From positions 1 to 14,629 of the forward strand of contig JACPCX010000094.1 of the NCBI GenBank assembly GCA_016184305.1: a stretch of DNA of 14,629 nt. The letters run 5' to 3'. The notes beneath the pieces were generated by a model. The model was not told the DNA's origin, did no database searches, and worked only from the letters and a program-made list of their open reading frames with translations. This DNA comes from Candidatus Rokuibacteriota bacterium. Lineage in GTDB: Bacteria > Methylomirabilota > Methylomirabilia > Rokubacteriales > CSP1-6. Below are positions 1 through 10,829 of the stretch, piece by piece. Numbering within the stretch: the stretch's first letter is position 1; each line of letters opens with the position of its first letter. The translations under genes and the position numbers were made by a program.

Positions 1-1156
<1,156 letters not shown>

Positions 1157-1160
<4 letters not shown>

Positions 1161-1795
1161 GTCGTCCGGCTCCGCGGATGGGGCGGCCGGCGCATGGGCC
1201 GGGTCACCCGGATGTCCTTGGCGAGCCTGGAATCGAGCGAGTGAAGCATCCCCAGGAAGAGCAGCCCTGTCTCGCCGGGGCGGAGAGTCTCGTTGATGCG
1301 GCGGGCGATGTACTGATCGCGCTGGGCGAGCAGGGAACGGCTCCGCGCTCCGTGACTGGCCTCGACCCGGGCCGCTTCCTCGGGGTCCTTGGCGGCCAGG
1401 ACCCGTTGAACGAGGCGGTACTCCTCCAGCAGGAGCTCGGGGGATTCGGTCCCCATGAGGGTGGCGCCTTTCTTCATCAGCGAGAGGAGGAGCTGATGAT
1501 TCGGGCTTTTCGCCGAGGCCAGATCGGCCACGATCTCGGCCTCCCGCCCGCAGCGCGGCAGCCCGTCCTGATACAGACGAACCTTCTCCCAGGGCAGCTC
1601 CCACCCCTCCACGGTCCGGCGGATCTCTGCCCACATGCGCCCGATGACCTCCACGTGGCGCTTCCACGCCTGGCGGCCGAGCTTCTGAACCGTCACGCGC
1701 CGCACCGAGCCGGCCAGCGCCCCCATGTCGGCCTGGGTATGGATGATGGGGATGTGGATCAGGACCCGCGTCCCCGCCCCGCTCGGTCGCCTCAT
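1157..1795 (-). CDS. Uncharacterised 212-aa protein with TraB/GumN/TIKI/ChaN-like motif order
   Basis: ATG at 1795 preceded by GGAG; stop overlaps NtrC start (GTGA). Motifs IPIIHT, LYQDG, MGTES, QRDQYIARRI, LLFLGMLH. ORF track start at 1969 is probably too long. Family assignment is from motif pattern only. Confidence 0.85.
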
Positions 1796-1857
1796 CTTCG
1801 GCGTCTCCGCCACCTGGAGTATGGCGTCGACGCCATGGCGCCCACTCCATAGTCCAT
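1792..1857 (-). CDS. Candidate 21-aa leader peptide MDYGVGAMASTPYSRWRRRRR
   Basis: GGGGAGGG 5 nt upstream of ATG at 1857; its TGA overlaps the ATG of the 212-aa gene (ATGA); first 14 codons are conserved in the second repeat copy. May instead be a by-product of a DNA palindrome. Confidence 0.3.
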   Translation of the reverse strand: MDYGVGAMASTPYSRWRRRRR

Positions 1858-1859
1858 GG
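1816..1859. repeat. 44-bp quasi-palindromic element, copy 1
   Basis: GGAGTATGGCGTCGACGCCATGGCGCCCACTCCATAGTCCATGG; 35/44 identical, ungapped, to 2834-2877; contains perfect 16-bp palindrome ATGGCGTCGACGCCAT (1821-1836). Confidence 0.85.
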
Positions 1860-2129
1860 CAACCCTCCCCTGCCCCGAACGCTTCGTATGGAGCCGCTCG
1901 CTTGCCGCGAGCGCCTCCTCCCGAGTCGCAGCCCGCATCTCGGACGGCAGGGAGGCCACACCATAACATCTACGCCACCAAGCCCGAAAACCCGCGATAT
2001 TTGGGCGACTGTCGCCTGCGGAACCCCCGAGGTCTGGTTGGCAGTCCGAGCGGTTACCGCCCGGCCATGGGCTCGGCATTCACGATCAGCACGGGCGCGC
2101 TCGCCTCGGCGTCAGCGGGCGGCAGCGGC

Positions 2130-2501
2130 TCACGCGCGTCCATGGGCCGCTCCCGCGGTGGCGAGCGCCGGAAACGTGGGGGCGGGGGACGCCAGGCCGC
2201 CCGCCGGGACCAGCTCGCCGAACGCGTCTGGAACCCAGCGCCCGGCGACGACCCCCGAGCGCACGGTGGGGCAGAGGCAGCAGCCGTCGACCATCAGCGT
2301 CGAGGCCTCGGGAGATTCCTCGGTGATGGGCAGCGAGGCATACGCCAGGTGCCGCCACTGGCAAGTGTGGGGGTCGGCGGGGGCCTCCGGTGCGCGGACC
2401 CCTCCACGCCAAGACCCCCAGCCCCGGCTGATCCGGTCGAGAAGGCCGATCCCGAGCGGCGCTCCATCGTTCCGTTGCTCGAGCCGATCCATGACTGCCA
2501 T
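2130..2501 (-). CDS. Hypothetical 123-aa protein with H-x-C-x-W ... CCxC motif, downstream of sigma-54 promoter
   Basis: Strong SD GAGGAGG just upstream of ATG at 2501; sigma-54 promoter about 100 nt upstream; MAVMDRLEQ...PHTCQWRHLAY...DGCCLCPTVRSG...AHGRA. Same frame as track ORF 2130..2669. Confidence 0.7.
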   Translation of the reverse strand: MAVMDRLEQRNDGAPLGIGLLDRISRGWGSWRGGVRAPEAPADPHTCQWRHLAYASLPITEESPEASTLMVDGCCLCPTVRSGVVAGRWVPDAFGELVPAGGLASPAPTFPALATAGAAHGRA

Positions 2502-2601
2502 CGAGGTCCTCCTCGGGAACTCAACTCGGTCCGTTGCTGCCGCTCGGATTCCCGTGCCGCGCGGCGGCCAGCCTCGTTCTCTCTCGGCTGGTTGGAGGAC
2601 A

Positions 2602-2618
2602 AGCAACGACAGTGCCAG
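2602..2618 (-). promoter_or_regulatory. Sigma-54 (RpoN) -24/-12 promoter
   Basis: Minus strand reads CTGGCAC-TGTCG-TTGCT, matching TGGCAC-N5-TTGCW with exact spacing; intergenic, points to the SD/ATG at 2501; predicted start site near 2591. Confidence 0.88.
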
Positions 2619-2762
2619 GGTTCGGGCTCGCGGCAAAGCGGCGAGAATGCCGGGATGCGGGAACGGCACCCGGCAAGCCGGGACGGGCCGCGGGTGCCTC
2701 GTAGGCCGGTAAGAATCCGGCCGGATCGGCCTGTCAGATTCCCACCGCGTCGGGTGAGACGA

Positions 2763-2814
2763 CTTCAGGTGTTGCGCCTGGGGTGAAGCCGGGAACCCGC
2801 TTCAGGTGCCGCGC
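2763..2814. repeat. 15-bp direct repeat CTTCAGGTGYYGCGC x2, candidate upstream activator sites
   Basis: CTTCAGGTGTTGCGC (2763-2777) and CTTCAGGTGCCGCGC (2800-2814), 13/15 identical, 37-bp period, with an inverted TGAAG at 2784-2788 between them. Confidence 0.55.
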
Positions 2815-2833
2815 ATTGGCTTCGTCCAGCCAC

Positions 2834-2891
2834 GGAGTATGGTGCGGCCGCTATAGCTCCTACGCCATAGTCCATGGTGCGACTGCCATGG
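2834..2891. repeat. 44-bp quasi-palindromic element, copy 2, plus a further ATGG-N8-CCAT unit
   Basis: GGAGTATGGTGCGGCCGCTATAGCTCCTACGCCATAGTCCATGG (2834-2877) followed by TGCGACTGCCATGG; 35/44 identical to 1816-1859. Confidence 0.85.
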
Positions 2892-2923
2892 CCCGAACTG
2901 TTCATGCGGAACTCGATCGCCCG

Positions 2924-4862
2924 TCATCGGTTCAGAATTTCACGCGCCTTTCGGGCCATCTCGTCCGGGCTGAATGGTTTCTGAAGGAAAAACGCTCCCG
3001 GCACCTCGCGACCGGCGAGCCCGTCGTCGAAGTACCCCGAGATGAAGAGGACCTTCAGGGCGGGGAAGGTCGCGAGGAGGCGTTCAGCGAGAACCCGCCC
3101 GCTTTCTCCCGGCATGACCACATCCGTCACGAGCAGATGGATTGGCCCCTCGGTCGCCGCCGCCACGGCCAGCGCCTCCTTCACTCCCTCGGCGGTGTAC
3201 ACCCGGTAGCCGGAGGCTTCCAGCCCTCGCCTGACGATCTCCCGGACCTCCGGCTCGTCATCGACGACCAGCGCCGTCACGGTCTCTCCGCGCGGCAGGC
3301 CGGGCGCGGCCATGAGGGCCAGCTCCTCGGCCGGCGCCTCCCCCTCCTCCTCGTCACGCGGCAGGTAGACCCTGAACGTCGCCCCCTGCCCGGGCTCGCT
3401 GTCGCACAAGACGTACCCGCGATGCTGCTTCACGATCCCGAAAACCGTCGACAGCCCCAGCCCCGTCCCCCTCCCGGACTCCTTGGTGGTGAAGAAGGGC
3501 TCGAAGATCTGCCTCCGCACCTCCGCACTCATTCCGGACCCCGTGTCGCTGACGGCGAGCATCACATACCCGCCGGGGGCCACCGCCTCCACTGTCGGGC
3601 GGAACGCCCTCTCATCCAGCTCGACGTTGGCCATTTCCACCGTGAGCGTCCCCGCCGGGACCCGCTCCCCTGGGGCCACCATCGCGTCTCTCGCGTTGAC
3701 CACCAGGTTCATGATCACCTGCTCGATCTGTGCCGGATCGGCGCGCACGCGCCACAACCCGCTGGCGGACCAGCCGCGCGCCCCGGTCCACCGTCGCGCT
3801 GATCCGCTCCGCGTCCTCGCGGCCGGGATCATTCGCCGGCATCGCTTCGAGAAGAAACTGAATGCACCCCTTGATGACGGTGAGCTGGTTGTTGAAGTCG
3901 TGGGCGATGCCTCCGGCCAGCCGCCCGATCACTCGCATCGCGTCGTCCTGGTCGCGCTGCGCTCTCAGCGCAAGGCGCTCCTCCTCGGCCCGCCTGTAGT
4001 CGGACACGTCCCGGATATGCTCCACCGCTTCATCGATCGCTCCCGTTCCGGAGATCAGGGCATAGCTGCGGACTTCGAGGTCCCGGCGGTCCTGGCTCCC
4101 GGCGCCGTCCTCTCGCCGCATCGCGACCGACACGGGCCTCCCCGTGTCGAACGTGGCCCGCACGGGACAGTCCGGACAGATCTCTTCTCTGGCGAACAGC
4201 TCCCGGTAGCACTGCCGCCCGACGAGCTGCCGGGCCGGAACCCCGCTCAAGGCGGCGGCGCCCTCATTGGCATCGAGGATGGTGAACTCCCGGTTGACGA
4301 TCACGACGGAATCGGCAATGGAATTGAACACCGCCAGGGTCCGGCGCTGGCTCGCCGAGAGTGCCTCCGTCTGGACTTGAATCCGGTCTTCCAGCTCGCG
4401 AACCAGCCCTCGATTCTCCTCGACGAGCCGGGAGCGCTCCAGGGCCCGCTTCACACTCAATTCGATCTCAGCAAGGCCGAGGGGCTTGAGGAGATAGTCG
4501 AAGACGCCATGACGGAGCGCCTCGAGGGCCGAGGCCATGCTGGAATGCGCGGTGAGGATCAGGATTTCCGTCTGCGGAGAGACCGCCTTGACCCGCTTGG
4601 CCAGCTCGAGCCCGTCCATCCCCGGCATGGAGAGGTCGGTGATGATCAGGGCCGGATGTTCCCGCTCGAAGATCCTCAGGGCCTCCTGGCCGTCGCGCGC
4701 CGGGAGGACATGATAGCCGGCCAGCGAGAGACATTCGGTTATGAGATCGAGGACGTCCGGTTCGTCGTCGACGACCAGGACCTTGCAGTGGCGATCGCCC
4801 GGAACCCCGGCCACAGAACGAACCTCTTCATCGCCCGCCTGGACGCCCCGATGCTCACCCAT
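2924..4862 (-). pseudogene. Hybrid sensor histidine kinase (REC-PAS-HisKA-HATPase-REC, CckA-like) split by an internal deletion/frameshift
   Basis: ORF 4862-3612 (GGAGG SD) gives REC (VLVVDDE...TDLSMP...LLKP), PAS and H-box GRLAGGIAHDFNNQL up to GARLVRQ; a different frame continues GLWRVRADPAQIEQVIMNLVVNARDAM, DTGSGM, FEPFFTTK, GTGLGL and a C-terminal REC ending at 2924. The segment normally between these parts is absent. Confidence 0.88.
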
Positions 4863-5019
4863 GCCGAAGGCCTCCCTCCCGCCGCACCATCAGAGTCCTT
4901 GCATCCACCCCCAGCGTCTTCCAGGCCACCTCATTCTTCTTAGTCCTGTTCCCCCTGACTTTCAAGCGTCCAAAAGGTGTCTCCTGACACACAGGGGGCT
5001 CGAGGCGGGCCGAAGGCGG

Positions 5020-5025
5020 TAGAAT
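5020..5025 (+). promoter_or_regulatory. Sigma-70 -10 box TAGAAT, leaderless-type geometry for glgB
   Basis: TAGAAT-ACACGG-GTG: -10 hexamer 6 nt before the GTG at 5032, no SD. Confidence 0.6.
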
Positions 5026-5031
5026 ACACGG

Positions 5032-7244
<2,213 letters not shown>

Positions 7245-7248
<4 letters not shown>

Positions 7249-9458
7249 GCTCCGTCCCGCCCGCAGATCTCCGGACGCGGCCGGGCGCCCCCTACCCGCT
7301 CGGCGCCACGTGGGACGGCGCCGGAGTGAACTTCGCCCTCTTCAGCGAGCACGCCACATCGGTGGATCTCTGCCTCTTCGATCCTGCGTCGCCGGATCGC
7401 GAGACACGGCGGATCGCCGTCCCGGAGCGCACCGATCAGGTCTGGCACGTGTACCTCCCCGAGGCGCGGCCCGGGCTCCTCTACGGCTACCGCGTCCACG
7501 GCCCGTACGCGCCCAGGGCCGGGCACCGCTTCAACGCCGCCAAGCTCCTGATCGATCCGTACGCGCGGGCGCTGGCGGGCGCGCTCGTGTGGGACGATGC
7601 GCTCCTCGGCTACCGCGCGGGCGATGCGGGGGGCGATCTCGCCGCCGGCGACCGGGACAGCGCGCCCTGCGTGCCGAAGAGCGTCGTGGTGGATCCGGCC
7701 TTCTCCTGGGACGGCGACCGCCGGCCCCGGACACCGTGGCACAGGACCGTCATCTACGAGGTGCACGTCAAGGGACTCACCGCGCGTCACCCCGAGGTGC
7801 CCCCGGCGCTGCGCGGAACATACGCTGGGCTCGCCTCGCCGGCGGTGGTGGACTATCTCTCCCACCTCGGCGTCACGGCGGTGGAGCTCCTGCCGGTGCA
7901 CCACTCGGTCCCCGAGCGCGCGCTCGTCAGCCGCGGGCTCACCAACTACTGGGGATACAACTCCATCGGCTACTTCGCCCCCGACGCCCGCTTCGCGAGC
8001 GGCGGGCAGGGTCGCGGCGAGCAGGTGGCCGAGTTCAAGAGCATGGTGAAGAGGCTCCACCTGGCGGGGATCGAGGTCATCCTGGATGTGGTCTACAACC
8101 ACACGGCCGAGGGCAACCGGCTGGGACCGACGCTCTGTTTCCGCGGCATCGACAACGCCGCCTATTACCGGCTCCGCCCCGACGACCGCGGCGAGTACGT
8201 GGACTACACCGGCTGCGGCAACACGCTGGACATGACCCACCCGCGGACGCTCCAGCTCATCATGGACAGCCTCCGCTACTGGGTGCTCGAGATGCACGTG
8301 GACGGCTTCCGCTTCGACCTCGCCTCGGCGCTGGCGCGGCAGCTGCACGACGTGGATCGCCTGTCCGCGTTCTTCGACGTCATCCACCAGGACCCCGTGA
8401 TCTCGCAGGTGAAGCTCATCGCCGAGCCGTGGGACCTCGGCGAGGGCGGCTATCAGGTGGGGAACTTCCCCGCCGGGTGGGCCGAGTGGAACGGCAAGTA
8501 CCGCGACACGATCCGGCGCTACTGGAAGGGCGACTGGGGCCAGGTGGCCGAGCTCGGCTACCGGCTCACCGGCTCGAGCGACCTCTACGAGCGGGGCGGC
8601 CGGCGCCCCTCTGCCAGCGTCAACTTCGTCACGGCGCACGACGGCTTCACGCTGGCCGATCTGGTCGCCTACAACAGCAAGCACAACGAGGCCAACGGCG
8701 AGGACAACCGCGACGGCACCGACGACAATCTTTCCTGGAACTGCGGCGTCGAGGGCCCGACCGACGACGCCGAGGTCCTGGCCCTGCGCCAGCGCCAGGT
8801 GCGGAACGTCCTGGCAACGCTCTTCCTCTCCCAGGGCATCCCGATGCTGTCCGGCGGGGATGAGATCGGCAGGAGCCAGGGCGGCAACAACAACGCCTAT
8901 TGCCAGGACACCGAGATCTCGTGGTTCCCCTGGCCGCTCCGTGGCCAGGCCCTCCGCCAGCTCGAGTTCACGCGCCGGCTGATCCGGCTCAGGCTCACCC
9001 ATCCGGTGTTCCACCGCCGGATGTTCTTCCAGGGCCGGCGCATCCACGGCTCGGAGGTGAAGGACCTGTCCTGGTTCCGGCCCGACGGCAAGGAGATGAC
9101 CGAGGAGGAGTGGAGCAACGGGCTCTCCCGCTGCCTGGGCCTTCGGCTCGCAGGCGAGGCCATCGAGGAGGTGGACGACATGGGCGAGCCCGTCGCCGGC
9201 GACTCCTTCCTCGTGCTCCTCAACGCCCATCACGAGGAGATTGCCTTCGTGCTCCCCGCCCACCGGGCACGCATGCGGTGGGAGCTCACGCTCGACACGC
9301 GCGCCTGGGAGCTGGGCCCGCGGCACCGGACCTTCCGGGCCGGGGATGCCTTCCCCCTCATGGGCCGCTCGCTCGCCGTCTTCCGGCTCCGCCGCCGCCG
9401 ACGCTTTCGCCTGGGCCGCCCATCCGGGGTATCCTGGAACAAGGACGGGACTGCATGA
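7245..9458 (+). CDS. glgX: Glycogen debranching enzyme / isoamylase (GH13)
   Basis: GTG at 7245 overlaps glgB stop (GTGA); 737 aa; [29 protein letters not shown], catalytic [30 protein letters not shown]. It is the 3' part of track ORF 5514..9458. Confidence 0.97.
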
Positions 9459-10717
9459 ACGACAATCGAGAGTTCGATTCCGAGCTTCACCGTACAGCGC
9501 TCGCCCAGCTGGACAGGGTCGCGGCCCGGCTCAACCTCGACCCCGACATCCACGAGCGCCTCCGGTACCCGCGCCGAGCGCTGGTCGTCTCCGTCCCCAT
9601 CCGGATGGACGCCGGCCACACCCGGGTGTTCATCGGCTACCGCGTCCATCACTCGACCGTGCTGGGTCCCACCAAGGGGGGCCTGCGCTACCACGAGGAC
9701 GTCAACCTGGGCGAGGTCACGGCGCTGGCCATGCTGATGACCTGGAAGTGCGCGCTCATGGGGCTGCCCTATGGAGGCGCAAAAGGGGGCGTCCGGTGCA
9801 ACCCGCGGGAGATGTCGCCTCGGGAGCTCGAGCACCTGACCCGCCGCTACACGGCCGAGATCATCCTCCTGATCGGCCCGGACCATGACATCCCCGCTCC
9901 CGACCTCGGCACCGACGAGCAGACCATGGCGTGGATGATGGACACCTACTCGATGACCCAGGGCAAGAGCGTCCCCGGCGTCGTCACGGGAAAGCCCCTC
10001 ATCGTCGGCGGCTCGGCCGGCCGCCGGGAGGCCACGGGGCGCGGCATCGTGTACGTGCTCTACCAGGCGGCGCGCCACCTGGGCCACGAGCTCAGGGGGC
10101 GCAAGGTCGTCGTCCAGGGCTTCGGCAACGTGGGCGGGGTCGCCGCGCGCCTCCTGTGGCGCGACGGGGCGGTCGTCACCGGGGTCAGCGACTTCCGCGC
10201 CGGCGTCTGGAACCCGGACGGGCTCGACATCCGCCAGCTCGAGGCCCATGTGGCCGAGACCGGCAGCGTGGTGGGGTTCGCCGGCGCCGATCCGCTCACG
10301 AACGCCGATCTCCTCGAGCAGCCCTGCGACATCCTCATCCCGGCCGCCGTCGGCAGCCAGATCCACGCGGGCAATGCCGAGCGTGTCAAGGCCAGCGTCG
10401 TCGTCGAAGGGGCCAACGGCCCCACCACTCCCGAGGCCGACGTGGTCTTGCGGGAGCGCGGGGTCACGGTGATCCCCGACGTCCTCGCCAATGCCGGCGG
10501 CGTCGTCGTCTCGTACTTCGAGTGGGTGCAGGGGCTGCAGTACTACTTCTGGAAGGAGAGCGAGATCACCTCGAGGCTGCAGGAGATCATGGCGCGGGCC
10601 TTCAACCGCGTGTGGGCCCTCGGCCAGAAGGAAGGGGTGGACCTCCGCACCGCCGCCCTCATGGAGGGCGTCAGCCGCGTGGCCGAGGGGCACCGCATCC
10701 GGGGCCTCTACCCGTAG
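9455..10717 (+). CDS. gdhA: Glu/Leu/Phe/Val dehydrogenase family, probably glutamate dehydrogenase
   Basis: ATG at 9455 overlaps glgX stop (ATGA), AAGGA SD; 420 aa; GPTKGGLRY, MTWKCA, GGAKGG, DIPAPD, QGFGNVG, EGANGP, NAGGVVVSYFEW, including the Lys and Ser linked to glutamate specificity. Confidence 0.94.
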   Translation: MNDNREFDSELHRTALAQLDRVAARLNLDPDIHERLRYPRRALVVSVPIRMDAGHTRVFIGYRVHHSTVLGPTKGGLRYHEDVNLGEVTALAMLMTWKCALMGLPYGGAKGGVRCNPREMSPRELEHLTRRYTAEIILLIGPDHDIPAPDLGTDEQTMAWMMDTYSMTQGKSVPGVVTGKPLIVGGSAGRREATGRGIVYVLYQAARHLGHELRGRKVVVQGFGNVGGVAARLLWRDGAVVTGVSDFRAGVWNPDGLDIRQLEAHVAETGSVVGFAGADPLTNADLLEQPCDILIPAAVGSQIHAGNAERVKASVVVEGANGPTTPEADVVLRERGVTVIPDVLANAGGVVVSYFEWVQGLQYYFWKESEITSRLQEIMARAFNRVWALGQKEGVDLRTAALMEGVSRVAEGHRIRGLYP

Positions 10718-10817
10718 CAGGGCGCTGAAAAAGGCCCATCTGCTTCGTTGGCGCCCTCGGCCGCACGCTCAACGTACGGAAAGTACGCCTCGCGTGCGGG
10801 GTTCTTCGGCAGCCTGC
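10717..10817. mobile_element. MITE-like non-coding element with imperfect terminal inverted repeats and internal hairpin
   Basis: Left end GCAGGGCGCTGAAAAA (10717-10732) vs right end TTCTTCGGCAGCCTGC (10802-10817), 12/16 complementary; internal CCGCACGC-tcaa-CGTAC-ggaaa-GTACG-cctc-GCGTGCGG (10761-10799); fills the gap between convergent genes. Confidence 0.6.
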
Positions 10818-10829
10818 CGGCGCGCCCCT

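Noticed and set aside
1859..1876. Second sigma-54 promoter upstream of the 212-aa gene (GGCAGGGGAGGGTTGC on minus)
   Set aside because: GG-to-GC spacing is 12 rather than the required 10.
1960..1989. Extended -10 TGTTATGGT on minus as promoter of the 212-aa/NtrC pair
   Set aside because: Plausible but weak, with no convincing -35; not enough to call.
1816..2877. CRISPR array interpretation of the 44-bp repeats
   Set aside because: Only two diverged copies about 1 kb apart, no regular spacers and no cas genes.
3761..3767. Programmed ribosomal frameshift in the kinase
   Set aside because: No slippery heptamer, and a conserved segment is physically missing, so a shift would not restore a normal kinase.
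8900..9454. 185-aa N-terminal extension of GDH
   Set aside because: Overlaps glgX in another frame with Pro/Arg-rich sequence; SD and ATGA overlap support the start at 9455.
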